A DNA stretch of 64,000 nucleotides from an uncultured Eubacteriales bacterium (lineage in GTDB: Bacteria > Bacillota > Sulfobacillia > Fermentithermobacillales > Fermentithermobacillaceae). How positions within the stretch are numbered: the stretch's first letter is position 1; each line of letters begins with the position of its first letter. Positions 48,857-59,369 of this stretch are shown in pieces. The position numbers and the translations under genes are program-made. A model generated the notes under the pieces. The model was given only the letters and a program-made list of their open reading frames with translations. It was not told the DNA's origin and did no database searches. The stretch lies in NCBI GenBank assembly GCA_964406505.1, contig CAYORX010000004.1, positions 17,056 to 81,055 on the forward strand, read 5' to 3'.

Positions 48857-51019
48857 TTACCTCCTCTTGCCGAAAGCGCGGTTTACTTTCGTGATACCTT
48901 CTATTTTTTTGATATCTGAAATCACTTTTTTGAGTTCATTAAGATCGTGAATCTCGAATTGAACAGTGATTCTTGCGTTTCCATCATCTTGTCCTTTTGC
49001 CGTTGCATTGATTATATTTGAATCTAAATCAGCTATTACCGATGTAATAGCTGCAAATAAACCTGGTCTGTCTTTGCCTTCTACCAATATTTTCACCGGA
49101 TAAAATGCTCGTATTTCTGACTCCCACGTAGTCTCAATAAACCGCTCAGTATCGGTAAGGTTTGCAAGCATAGGACAGTCTAACCTATGAACGGTAACGC
49201 CACGGCCCCGGGTAATGTAACCTATAATCGGATCTCCCGGTACTGGTGAACAACATTGAGCTAAACGTACTAAAATGCCCGACATCCCTTTAACAATAAC
49301 CGCCTCTTCTGGTCCTAGGGGCTTTCGAGGAACCATTCGACGGGTTTCTTCCCTTTTGGGCAAAAGATCTGGTGCTGTTCTAGAAGCCACATCTCGCAAT
49401 CTCGTAGTAACGTGGATTGGGCTTATTCCACCGTATGAAATTGCCGCAAATAAGCTTTTCATATCGGGGTAATTAAGTTTTCTAAGTACTTTTTCTACGA
49501 CGCCGGCCTCTTCCAATGCGGATAATTTAACGCCCATCTTTTGTACTTCGTTTTCTAGAGCAGACTTCCCCCTTGCAACATCTTCTTCCCGCAGCTGTTT
49601 TCTAAAAAAAGCCCTTATTTTTGACCGGGCTTGCGATGTTTTTACGATGTCAAGCCAATCCCTACTAGGTCCCGTGGGTTGACGAGACGTAAGTACTTCG
49701 ACTATATCTCCTGTTTTTAGTTCGTACGATAATTGGACCAACTTACCATTTACCTTGGCCCCCGTACAATGATGACCCACATCCGTATGAATTCTGTAGG
49801 CAAAATCAAGGGGCGTAGATCCTACCGGCAGATCGATCACATCACCTTTTGGTGTAAACACAAACACTTCATCAGTAAACACATCAACCCTAAGCGCTTC
49901 CATGAACTCACCGGCATCGGTCATCTCCCTTTGCCAATCAAGTAGCTGCCTCAGCCATGACATTTTTTGATCAAATAGTTTGTCAGCTTTTCGCTCTTTA
50001 TATTTCCAGTGAGCAGCACTGCCGTATTCAGCAGTTCTATCCATTTCCCCGGTGCGAATCTGAATTTCAAAAGGTTCACCTAGCGGACCTAACACAGTCG
50101 TATGTAAAGATTGATAACCGTTAGGTTTGGGCATGGCAACATAATCTTTAAACCTGCCGGGCATAGGTTTCCACAAATTATGGACGAAACCTAGGGCTTC
50201 ATAACAATCGCTCACAGTATTAACTATCACCCGCACAGCTAATAGATCATATATTTCTGAAAGTCCCGTACCCAAACGCTTCATTTTCTTGTATGTGCTG
50301 TACAAATTTTTAGCTCGTCCCTGGACATCAGCTTCTATTTCATGTTTTTCAAACAAATCTTTTAGCCTGCTGATTACCAAAGCTGCCTCAGCTTCTCGTT
50401 CGCTGCGTTTGGCTGAAATTTCTTTGGCAAGTGCCCGATATTCTTTAGGGTACAAATACCTAAATCCCAGGTCTTCTAGTTCCCACTTAAACCGCCATAT
50501 TCCCAAACGGTGGGCTAAAGGTGCATATATATCTAAAGTTTCTTCAGCAGTTCTCTTTTGCTTTTCCACAGGCAGTGCATCGAGCGTACGAAGATTATGC
50601 AATCTGTCTGCAAGACGTATGATTACAACACGCCAGTCTTCTGCCATAGCTAAAAACATTTTACGCAGATTTGAAACTTGTTCTTCCACGCGCGAGTGAA
50701 ATTCTATCCGAATCAGTTTAGTGACCCCATCAACTAACCTAGCGATATCAGCCCCGAACTCTTTTTCTAGTTGTTCCAGGGTGATATCCGTATCTTCTAC
50801 CACATCATGTAAAAGTGCAGCGGCGAGCGTTTGGGCATCGCCTTCAAGTTCGGTCAGAATACGCGCTACAGCTATAGGATGTTCAATATATTCTTCTCCA
50901 GACAGCCTAAATTGACCCCTATGGGCTTCCTCGGCGAAAACATAAGCACTTAAAACCAGCTGCTTGTCCTGGCCTGTAAGGTATTCACCTATATCATGTT
51001 GCAGTTTATCAACTGCCAA
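48857..51019 (-). CDS. relA: Bifunctional (p)ppGpp synthetase/hydrolase Rel/SpoT
   Basis: HD hydrolase, synthetase, TGS and ACT domains. 720 aa. Confidence 0.96.
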   Translation of the reverse strand: MAVDKLQHDIGEYLTGQDKQLVLSAYVFAEEAHRGQFRLSGEEYIEHPIAVARILTELEGDAQTLAAALLHDVVEDTDITLEQLEKEFGADIARLVDGVTKLIRIEFHSRVEEQVSNLRKMFLAMAEDWRVVIIRLADRLHNLRTLDALPVEKQKRTAEETLDIYAPLAHRLGIWRFKWELEDLGFRYLYPKEYRALAKEISAKRSEREAEAALVISRLKDLFEKHEIEADVQGRAKNLYSTYKKMKRLGTGLSEIYDLLAVRVIVNTVSDCYEALGFVHNLWKPMPGRFKDYVAMPKPNGYQSLHTTVLGPLGEPFEIQIRTGEMDRTAEYGSAAHWKYKERKADKLFDQKMSWLRQLLDWQREMTDAGEFMEALRVDVFTDEVFVFTPKGDVIDLPVGSTPLDFAYRIHTDVGHHCTGAKVNGKLVQLSYELKTGDIVEVLTSRQPTGPSRDWLDIVKTSQARSKIRAFFRKQLREEDVARGKSALENEVQKMGVKLSALEEAGVVEKVLRKLNYPDMKSLFAAISYGGISPIHVTTRLRDVASRTAPDLLPKREETRRMVPRKPLGPEEAVIVKGMSGILVRLAQCCSPVPGDPIIGYITRGRGVTVHRLDCPMLANLTDTERFIETTWESEIRAFYPVKILVEGKDRPGLFAAITSVIADLDSNIINATAKGQDDGNARITVQFEIHDLNELKKVISDIKKIEGITKVNRAFGKRR

Positions 51020-51049
51020 GATTCATGATCGCTCCTTAATTTAGTTTCA

Positions 51050-51095
51050 AAAAGCGACATGGCCGGATTTGCTTTTCGCCCGAATGTCGCTTTTA
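51050..51095 (-). terminator. Intrinsic terminator or attenuator between apt and relA
   Basis: On the minus strand, AAAAGCGACAT-(24 nt)-ATGTCGCTTTTTG forms a 10-11-bp stem followed by a U-tract. Confidence 0.5.
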
Positions 51096-51167
51096 AAACA
51101 TATTTTCATCATATGTTGATCGTGCTTATATTTTCGATTCGCTATTCAAAGCAACCCTGCAAAAATT

Positions 51168-51710
51168 TTAGTTTTCAAGTTTAACCACAGAATCAACTTT
51201 ATAACCCATTTTAGATAGGTTAGCCCTACCTGGCATGTAAGTCAACTCTATTAGAAACACCAGTTCAGCAATTTTAGCCCCTAATTTTTCCACCATATCA
51301 ATAGTGGCTGCTATGGTACCTCCGGTAGCAAGCAAATCGTCCAATATCAGCACTTTTTGCCCCGGTTTTACGGCATCCTTATGAATTTCAAGAATATCAA
51401 TGCCATATTCAAGTTCATACTCTCCCTTAAGAGTATGCCAAGGTAACTTACCTTCTTTTCTGACCGGCACAAATGCTTTATGCATTGCGTAAGCAAGGGC
51501 GCTCCCGATGATAAAGCCTCTAGCTTCAGGTGCTACGATGACATCAAATTCAATACGTTCGCAGATATCCTTCAAAGCATCGATGCATTTTTGAAACAAT
51601 TTTGGATCTTTCAATAGCGGGGTTATATCTTTAAAGCTAACTCCTTTTTGGGGAAAATCCGGGATCACTCTGATGTTTGCTATTATCTGTTTTTCAGCGC
51701 TTTCCCCCAT
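51168..51710 (-). CDS. apt: Adenine phosphoribosyltransferase
   Basis: PRTase motif VLILDDLLATGGT. 180 aa. Confidence 0.93.
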   Translation of the reverse strand: MGESAEKQIIANIRVIPDFPQKGVSFKDITPLLKDPKLFQKCIDALKDICERIEFDVIVAPEARGFIIGSALAYAMHKAFVPVRKEGKLPWHTLKGEYELEYGIDILEIHKDAVKPGQKVLILDDLLATGGTIAATIDMVEKLGAKIAELVFLIELTYMPGRANLSKMGYKVDSVVKLEN

Positions 51711-54282
51711 GCTTTATCCCTCCCTTAAATCTTTCCATCAAATCCTCAGCTATCTCTAAGTTGCGACGCCCTTTTATATACAAAACCGATCTTGACAAAC
51801 TTACTTGACCGACAGGTTTATGTAGCTTTAGCCAAGGAATACGATTAAAAACCTCATATGATATCATACCTAGTTCCATCAAAATAGAAATACACGACTC
51901 TAAAAGTACCAACAAGTGTTCATAATTTACACCCGGGAATTGACTAAAACCTTTTAAATACAAGGGACCTGCCTGCCAAACGGGTACTCTGTCGTTAATT
52001 GCCCTTGTAACAAAAGACTTCCACACTTGTTCTATGTTTTCCTTTGAAGGAAAACTGGCAAACAGCCATGTTTTGGAATCGTTTAAAAAGGTGCCCGGTA
52101 AAATTTGCCTCATGCCACAAAGTGCCGAAAACTTAAGTAGTTCTTCCCACGATGAGGAACAAATTGGTGGATGAACCACCAAAAGATCAACTTCTCGCTT
52201 TAACCCCTGGCTAAAAAGGTCCCATGGCGAGGTTGATACAATAGTTCCTCTATTTTGATTTATCGCAAGTTTAGCATTGTGAGCGAGCGCTCCTTTTTGT
52301 CCCTTAAGGTGTAAACTTGCGTTAACGCCCTGCCGCAGCAAGCTGACATAAATGCTGTATGCCGCGTCGCTGCTCCATGTATAGAGGATCGAAAGTTTAT
52401 CATCAGAAACATACTGCACAAGTTTTCGGTAATTACGGCCTATCAAATTGCGCGGAAGCCGTGCATCTTCAACAAATAAAGAAATTTGCTCTTTGTCCAT
52501 ATACATATTTTGATTAGGAGTAAATGCTAGATCACATTTACCAGGTAAACAAATCTGCCCAACCTTTTCGCCTGCCCTAAACCATATCAGCCTAACGGGT
52601 CTGTGCGCACCTTGAACCGTCAACTCAAGATGATCTTGAGATTTACCTAATAGCCGAACTCCTGTGATTCGACACCCTAAAATAGATACCACAGGCCTAG
52701 GGTTTCCTTTTCCAAAAGGTTCTAGCAAGATATACGGCTCAAATAATTTCTGATGACACTTTTTAGAATCGAATGATTCGTCTATCTGTATAGACGACTC
52801 CATAGGCGTATTTTTCATAAGATTTTCTGTGACAGATTCAAACTCTTGAATAAACGCCGGCAGGTTTTCAACTTTCACAGAAAACCCTCCTGCTGCCGCA
52901 TGTCCGCCGAATGTTTCTAGCAAGTGTTTACATTTAGATAAAGCTCGATGAATATCCAAACCAGGAATACTTCTTACCGAACCTTTTAGCACCGGACCTT
53001 CACCTGCAACCATTGCACAAGGCCGCCATAACAAGTCTCTTATCCTAGATGCTGTGATACCCACAACACCTTCGTGCCATGCAGGATCGTATAGGCAGAC
53101 AGAATATCGCTCGAATTTATTATCTGAATGCATTTGGGCAAAACTTTCAAGTTTTTCGTAACATTCTTCGAGCATCGTCTGTTCAATTCTGCGCCTTTTG
53201 CGATTTAAATCATCCAAGTGGTGCGCACCCGCGAACGCTTTTTGTAAATTGGTTTCGCAAAGAAGTTGAAAAGCTTCATAAGCATGGCTTAACCTGCCGG
53301 CAGCATTAATTCGCGGAACCAAACCATACGCTATATCTTTTTCATAATTAAGGGGTTGTCTGTGAAAATCATCGCTAGATTCTTGGTGATTGCTTTTCAA
53401 TTTGAATACATCGAGCACACAAAGCATAGCTAAAATACCAGGACGGCGAGATTTATACATTGCCTGCAAACCTTGCTTTACCCACGCACGGTTGATTCCG
53501 CCAACTGGCATAGAGTCGCCTGCAATGGATAATGTAAGCATGTCTAAAGCCCAGTCGGAAGGTATATCATCTAATAGGCCCTTTTTTTCTAACAAAGCTA
53601 TAGCAAGCAAATAAGCGACGCCTGCTCCGCTTAGATTTTGAAGAGCAAATCGCCTCCATGAAGTCAAATGTGGATTGATGACTGATAATGCTTGGGGCAA
53701 ATGAGAGCCTGCTTTATGGTGGTCTGTTATAATTACATCTATTCCAAGAGATTTTGCTTTGTTACATGCATCTAGGTCTGCGATACCACAATCTGCTGTA
53801 ACTATTAAATCAATGCCTTGTTCATGAAAATTATGTATCAAGTTGGAATGAAATCCATATCCATCTTTGAACCGGCAAGGAAGAAAAACACTTACCTTGT
53901 GGGTTTTGGCAAATTCCAAGGCTTCTTTAAGAATAACTGCAGAAGTCACACCATCGGCATCAAAATCAGAGTATATCAGCACGTGTTCTCTTGATTTTAT
54001 AGCTGCGATGAGTCTTTTTACCGCCGAATTAATGCCGGGAAGTTCAAATACTTCTGGAAGATCATACTGCCCTGACCACAAATCCACAGCTGAAGCTATA
54101 CAGCCGTTAGTACGCCTTATAAGCAGTGATGACAGTTGTTCAGAAACATTCAAAATGCGAGACAAATTTAATATTTGTTCATGATCTACCGCTGTTGGTT
54201 TGTACCAGCGAGCGTAGTTTCCTTTTATATTTGCCATGATAGATTGATTAAATACATTGTTTCCCATACTATAACCAGTCAA
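51694..54282 (-). CDS. recJ: Single-stranded-DNA-specific exonuclease RecJ
   Basis: DHH (DFDADGVTS) and DHHA1 domains with an extended C-terminal region. 862 aa. Confidence 0.9.
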   Translation of the reverse strand: MTGYSMGNNVFNQSIMANIKGNYARWYKPTAVDHEQILNLSRILNVSEQLSSLLIRRTNGCIASAVDLWSGQYDLPEVFELPGINSAVKRLIAAIKSREHVLIYSDFDADGVTSAVILKEALEFAKTHKVSVFLPCRFKDGYGFHSNLIHNFHEQGIDLIVTADCGIADLDACNKAKSLGIDVIITDHHKAGSHLPQALSVINPHLTSWRRFALQNLSGAGVAYLLAIALLEKKGLLDDIPSDWALDMLTLSIAGDSMPVGGINRAWVKQGLQAMYKSRRPGILAMLCVLDVFKLKSNHQESSDDFHRQPLNYEKDIAYGLVPRINAAGRLSHAYEAFQLLCETNLQKAFAGAHHLDDLNRKRRRIEQTMLEECYEKLESFAQMHSDNKFERYSVCLYDPAWHEGVVGITASRIRDLLWRPCAMVAGEGPVLKGSVRSIPGLDIHRALSKCKHLLETFGGHAAAGGFSVKVENLPAFIQEFESVTENLMKNTPMESSIQIDESFDSKKCHQKLFEPYILLEPFGKGNPRPVVSILGCRITGVRLLGKSQDHLELTVQGAHRPVRLIWFRAGEKVGQICLPGKCDLAFTPNQNMYMDKEQISLFVEDARLPRNLIGRNYRKLVQYVSDDKLSILYTWSSDAAYSIYVSLLRQGVNASLHLKGQKGALAHNAKLAINQNRGTIVSTSPWDLFSQGLKREVDLLVVHPPICSSSWEELLKFSALCGMRQILPGTFLNDSKTWLFASFPSKENIEQVWKSFVTRAINDRVPVWQAGPLYLKGFSQFPGVNYEHLLVLLESCISILMELGMISYEVFNRIPWLKLHKPVGQVSLSRSVLYIKGRRNLEIAEDLMERFKGGIKHGGKR

Positions 54283-54608
54283 CTCCCCAACCCATCTTCA
54301 CTTATAGTAGATAGACTGTTTGTTTTCTCAATTTGTTCTTTAAGTGATTTTTCAAGTTGCTTGACTTGCCTCGTAGAAGCCTCTAAAGATTTGCTAAGGT
54401 CCCGCACCTGCCCTCTTACTTTAGCACCTTTAAACCATGACCATGCCGCCCCGATTACAACGCCGATAGAAAAACAGCCCAGTACTACAATGGCCATGTT
54501 AATTGTTAAACTCCATCCTAAAAAATTTATAGACACTAATTGCGCATTTTGAACAGCAAATATCACCACCGGAATAAGCAAAATCACTATCATTATGAGC
54601 ATGATCAC
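54279..54608 (-). CDS. LapA-domain (DUF1049, YrvD-like) small membrane protein
   Basis: 109-aa ORF with two TM helices and a coiled-coil tail. Lies in the conserved position upstream of recJ. Confidence 0.6.
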   Translation of the reverse strand: MIMLIMIVILLIPVVIFAVQNAQLVSINFLGWSLTINMAIVVLGCFSIGVVIGAAWSWFKGAKVRGQVRDLSKSLEASTRQVKQLEKSLKEQIEKTNSLSTISEDGLGS

Positions 54609-54671
54609 ACCTCCCTGAAATTTCGGGCCACAACTGCTTACGGCAAAACCAGAATTTTATCATTTTTCGGT

Positions 54672-55325
54672 TTATCCATGCCGATCTTTATCCGGCACAT
54701 TATCCCAATCATAATCCTCTAAAAGCTTAGCAAAATCTTCAGCTTCTTGACCAAAATAATCTTCCATACTCTCTCTTGGCTCTCGAGATAACTGAGATTT
54801 GTTCTCTCGATAATCATCCGTGGTAAAACGCGCCATTTGCCTTTTACGGTTTTGTTCGGAAAGGCCTGCTTTTCTTGCTTGAACTCTAAGTTTACGTTGA
54901 ACTTCTTTAACCTGCTTTTTAAAACGAAAGTTCTCAAAACCGGGCTGAGCAAAACTTTTAGGACCCCTTTTAGATACGCTTATTATTTTGCCTATCCATT
55001 GCTTAAGTCCCGCTTCATACGAGATTTCAGAAGTTGGAATACGTAACACCGAATAACCGCAGTTTTCGAGTATTGACTGACGCCTTCGATCTTCCTTTTT
55101 GCGAGAAGATGTAAGGTGGCTCCACCCGTCAACTTCAATTACAAGCCAATCATCAATGAGAAAATCGACTTTAAATTGTTTTATCGGCACTTCTCTTTCA
55201 AAACAAACACCGGCCTTTCGCAAATTTTTGGCGATTTTAAGTTCACTCGGTGTATCCCGATGATAACCCCAAATTTCTCTTGAAGAATATTTTCTGCCTT
55301 TTTTATTTCCCAAGATTCTTGCCAT
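54672..55325 (-). CDS. DUF559 endonuclease-domain protein (PD-(D/E)xK, Vsr-like fold) with a long charged C-terminal tail
   Basis: N-terminal ~115 aa match DUF559 (FKVDFLIDDWLVIEVDGWSH...RRRQSILENCGYSVLRI). The C-terminal ~100 aa are a basic-then-acidic low-complexity region. Confidence 0.6.
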   Translation of the reverse strand: MARILGNKKGRKYSSREIWGYHRDTPSELKIAKNLRKAGVCFEREVPIKQFKVDFLIDDWLVIEVDGWSHLTSSRKKEDRRRQSILENCGYSVLRIPTSEISYEAGLKQWIGKIISVSKRGPKSFAQPGFENFRFKKQVKEVQRKLRVQARKAGLSEQNRKRQMARFTTDDYRENKSQLSREPRESMEDYFGQEAEDFAKLLEDYDWDNVPDKDRHG

Positions 55326-57426
55326 CCTTTGCTACTAGCATACAAGGTAATTCAACAGCCGTCTTCACAGGTTCTCCGATGGATAGCGAGTAATTATTTC
55401 CGGGACCTATGTATCTATCAAACCAAGCAGTTATGTACTCAAGCCTTTCTACCCGATGTATGGGTTTACCAGAACGTGACAGGTTGTGATTTTCTCCGGC
55501 GAATCTTATCATAATTACTGGCTTCTTCAATTTTTTAAGCGCGACAAACATCTCATCGGCTTGACTTATGGGACACCTTAGATCTTCTTCGCTGTGAATT
55601 AACAATAAAGGAGTTTCAACGTTTCCCACATACATAATGGGGGATCTATCCAAATAAGCATGGGGGTTGTCCCATGGATCTCCATCAAATTCAAAATCTC
55701 CATTCATATACGCAACATCACTTGTGCCAAACTGGCTAAAACGATTACAAGTGCTTCTTTGTGAAACTGCAGCTTTAAATCTATTTGTATGCCCGATAAT
55801 CCAGTTCGTCATATAACCTCCGTAACTGCCCCCGGTAACTCCCATCTTATCTTGATCTACCCAAGGAAGTTTAGCTGCGTAATCTGTGATCGCCATGAGA
55901 TCCCTATAATCTTCGCCTCCCCAATCGTGGCGTGTAGCCGCAACAAATTCTTGTCCATACCCGGTACTTCCTCTTGGGTTTCCGAAAATCACTCCATAAC
56001 CCCTAGAAGACAGCATCTGAAACTCGTGGAAAAACGCATATCCGTAAGCACTATGGGGTCCTCCGTGAATTTCAAGAATAACAGGGTATTTGTTGCCATC
56101 TATCAGCCCCATGGGTTTCATAACCCATGCCTGCAATTTCTTGCCATCCTGGGCTTCTACTTCTATTTCTTCGGGAATAGTTAGGCGAACTGAATCAAGC
56201 AATTCTTGATTTAAATTAGTTAAACGCTTAATTTCACCTTTACTGCCTACAATTTGTAAAACTGAATCTTCCACAGCGCCACCGCTAGAATTAAAATTAA
56301 TAGACCAAATATCGCAAATAGTATCATAAGATGTGATCGCAGCGGCAAATTTGTCTGAATTGGCGGATTTACTCCATCCATAGATCGTACAGTTTCCCGA
56401 AGTAAGCTTGTCCGTCACTTGCGTTTGGGTATCGATAGAATAAAGATGGGTTTTACCTTTATTTAGTGCCGTAAAGTAGATTGTCTTTCCATCAACTGAC
56501 CACACCGGTTTTGATGGCGATGACGGCACAACATCTGACGAAGCACTCTGCCCTACACTGATTTGCTGGGAACTGGTCAAAAACTCTATGGACTGTCCGC
56601 TTAGATCTAAAAGACATACACCAGGAACTGTAGCACCTTTATACTCATCATCGTGTCCGTAACAAGCGATACTTTTACCATCAGGTGACCACGAGGGTGA
56701 ATAAAGCACGCTATCGCTAGAAGTAAGTTGTCTCATTTCTTCATCTGTTACTGAAATCATCCAAATATCTCGGACACGTGAAAGTTCATGATCTTGAAAT
56801 CGTGAAGAAACGAACGCTAAATGTTTGCTATCCGGCGACCATGCAGGCTGACGACAATCGTATGGGCCCGAAGTAATCTGTTTTACTTTACCCGAGTCAA
56901 TCTCTAATACGAAAATCTGATAATTGCCTTTTGGAAGAAAACCTCGCTCATTCAATTTATGGCGAATTGTGGTGATAACGCGCACATCTGAACTATATTG
57001 ACCACCATTCCCGTTCAATTGTTTATCACGATCAAACGCGCAAAAAGCGATAGATTTTCCATCGGGCGACCAAACCGGATCATGTATTCCCCCTTTGACA
57101 GACGTAAGTTTAATCGCTTCGCCACCTTCTAACGGCAACACATACAATTGTTTTCCGTCTTGCTCACGCTCCGACAAAAACGATACCTTAGATGCGCTAG
57201 GGGACCATCTTGGATAAGTATCGTTCCCTATACCAGTCGTAAATGGTCTTACACTGCCTTGATGAGCTAGATAGATTTGCGTTTTATATGATTTCCAACC
57301 ACCTTTTTCTGTAGGGGATTTGACCTCAAATAAAACTTTCGCGCCATCAGGAGAAATCTGCGGCTCTCTAGCCCATTTCATAAGATATAAATCGTTTGAC
57401 TTTACCGGCCTCATAACAAGGTACAC
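55303..57426 (-). CDS. S9 family serine peptidase with an N-terminal TolB-like beta-propeller
   Basis: WD40/TolB-like repeats (W/YSPDGK), then an alpha/beta hydrolase domain with GGSYGGYM (GxSxG). 707 aa. Confidence 0.85.
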   Translation of the reverse strand: MYLVMRPVKSNDLYLMKWAREPQISPDGAKVLFEVKSPTEKGGWKSYKTQIYLAHQGSVRPFTTGIGNDTYPRWSPSASKVSFLSEREQDGKQLYVLPLEGGEAIKLTSVKGGIHDPVWSPDGKSIAFCAFDRDKQLNGNGGQYSSDVRVITTIRHKLNERGFLPKGNYQIFVLEIDSGKVKQITSGPYDCRQPAWSPDSKHLAFVSSRFQDHELSRVRDIWMISVTDEEMRQLTSSDSVLYSPSWSPDGKSIACYGHDDEYKGATVPGVCLLDLSGQSIEFLTSSQQISVGQSASSDVVPSSPSKPVWSVDGKTIYFTALNKGKTHLYSIDTQTQVTDKLTSGNCTIYGWSKSANSDKFAAAITSYDTICDIWSINFNSSGGAVEDSVLQIVGSKGEIKRLTNLNQELLDSVRLTIPEEIEVEAQDGKKLQAWVMKPMGLIDGNKYPVILEIHGGPHSAYGYAFFHEFQMLSSRGYGVIFGNPRGSTGYGQEFVAATRHDWGGEDYRDLMAITDYAAKLPWVDQDKMGVTGGSYGGYMTNWIIGHTNRFKAAVSQRSTCNRFSQFGTSDVAYMNGDFEFDGDPWDNPHAYLDRSPIMYVGNVETPLLLIHSEEDLRCPISQADEMFVALKKLKKPVIMIRFAGENHNLSRSGKPIHRVERLEYITAWFDRYIGPGNNYSLSIGEPVKTAVELPCMLVAKDGKNLGK

Positions 57427-57501
57427 CTCTCATAAGAGAAAATAAAAATGACTTATCACCATTTGTCTGCGTTAAGAATACAGTATACAGCAAAAATGTG
57501 T

Positions 57502-59049
57502 CTAAAGGCCGATTTTGCGTTTTACAAGGTTAGTAAGTAGAATAATTTCTTCACATTTCAATACAAATGCTCCAACCAAGTATATGATAGTTGAACCGCT
57601 TACTGCCGCAATCATTAAAAACACATCCGTTTTTGTGCTGCCTGTACCAAATAGCAAACCTGACCATGACCCAAAGGCCCACGTAAACACACCCATAATT
57701 AAAGATGATATTAATATTTTTATACCAGACTGGGCCAACTGCTTAAACTTGATTTCGGCGACATATTTCGTAAATAATTTTAAACCAACAGTAGCACCTA
57801 CCCACGATGCTATTACATTAGCTAAAGCCAGCCCTGTATGCCCTAAAGGCGATACAAATACAAAATCAAATACGATATTTACGCAAGCGATCCCAAGAGA
57901 CAGTATTACTGGATACCAAGTGTTCTGCGATGAAAAAAACCCAACATCTACGATCTTAATAAGAGCCATGGCTACAATTCCTACTGCGTAAACCGAAAGC
58001 GCCGAGGAAGTAAGTAATGTAGCAGCCTCTGTAAATGCACCCCTTTGAAAAACAATTCTAACCATGGGGTTTGCTAAAATTAGAAGCCCAACCGCCGACG
58101 GCACACATACAAACAAAGCGAAACGAGCACCCGTAATGAGGGTTTCACCTACACCTGATTTATCTTTACGCGCCCACATTTCCGATAACGATGGATAAAT
58201 AACAGTGACTACAGCTGAAACAAAAAGATCCATTGGAAGTGAACGTATCCTATTCGCAAAATTCAGAGCGGATATCGAACCCGATGCAAGTCTTGACGCC
58301 AAGTTTTTATCGACAAAGTTATATAATTGAGTGGCAAACCCGCCGACAGAAAGCGGAATAGCTAGTTTTAATACTTTTTTAGTGCCGTGGTTAATTTCAG
58401 GTGAAAGTTTGATGCCTAGTTCGATCTTTTTCACCCACGGTGCTTGGATCAATACATTAGCAAGATAACCTACGACAGTAGCTATTGCTAAAGCGCGCAA
58501 ATCCAACGACGAACCTAATGTAATGACTAAAGCAACGATGCACAAATTTTGAACAAATGGAGCAATTCCCGGGGCAGCGAATTGTTTGTAGGTGTTTAAT
58601 ATGCTTTTTAAAAAGGCCCCTAACAAAGGTAATACGAAGGCCGGAAAAAATAATCTAGTAAGCGATACTGCATTGTCGAAAATATGTCCGGTAAAACCCG
58701 GCGCGTAAAGTTCAACTAATTTGGGTGCAAACGGTATAGATACAAGGGCCACTACGAGAAATAGACTTATCGACAAAGTTATTACCGAAGACGCTACAGC
58801 CTTTGCTCCTTTTTTATCATTCAGAGCTACGTATGAAGCGAAAACAGGTAAAAACGCGGTTGAAACGGGGGTAGAAATCAACCCGGTTAAAACGGTCGGT
58901 ATGGCAAGGGCTACTACATATGCATCTGTTAACCCAGATGCCCCAAAAAGCCAAGCGATAAGCTGTTCACGCACGAAACCCATTACTTTAGAAAGTACGC
59001 TTAAAACTGCTACGATGACAGTGGCCTGGGCCATGTTTTTCTTCGACAC
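57502..59049 (-). CDS. murJ: Lipid II flippase MurJ (MviN)
   Basis: 515-aa 14-TM MOP-superfamily protein with a MurJ N-terminal signature. Confidence 0.9.
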   Translation of the reverse strand: MSKKNMAQATVIVAVLSVLSKVMGFVREQLIAWLFGASGLTDAYVVALAIPTVLTGLISTPVSTAFLPVFASYVALNDKKGAKAVASSVITLSISLFLVVALVSIPFAPKLVELYAPGFTGHIFDNAVSLTRLFFPAFVLPLLGAFLKSILNTYKQFAAPGIAPFVQNLCIVALVITLGSSLDLRALAIATVVGYLANVLIQAPWVKKIELGIKLSPEINHGTKKVLKLAIPLSVGGFATQLYNFVDKNLASRLASGSISALNFANRIRSLPMDLFVSAVVTVIYPSLSEMWARKDKSGVGETLITGARFALFVCVPSAVGLLILANPMVRIVFQRGAFTEAATLLTSSALSVYAVGIVAMALIKIVDVGFFSSQNTWYPVILSLGIACVNIVFDFVFVSPLGHTGLALANVIASWVGATVGLKLFTKYVAEIKFKQLAQSGIKILISSLIMGVFTWAFGSWSGLLFGTGSTKTDVFLMIAAVSGSTIIYLVGAFVLKCEEIILLTNLVKRKIGL

Positions 59050-59369
59050 TGTTAGATCCTCTTCATATAATATTTAACGTTTATTTATCAGAAACGTAAA
59101 CTAATAATATCTCATCTTTTGCAATGCTGCGAATGGTTTTCCTTGACATACGTCGAAATATGCTGACAATAAGTGCTAGACAAGCATTTCTAAATGATGT
59201 GTCAACATGGGTTGAGCAAAAGAAGGATTCTTTCACTTATTGTAGAATTCACGTTTGATAGGGAGCTATATCTAGTAAAATCCGCACTGGAACGAAGTAG
59301 TATATTCTACTTTGCCTAACCAAAAAACGCAGCCGTGCTTCCTGTAAAACTGCAAGGAGGTCAAGTACC

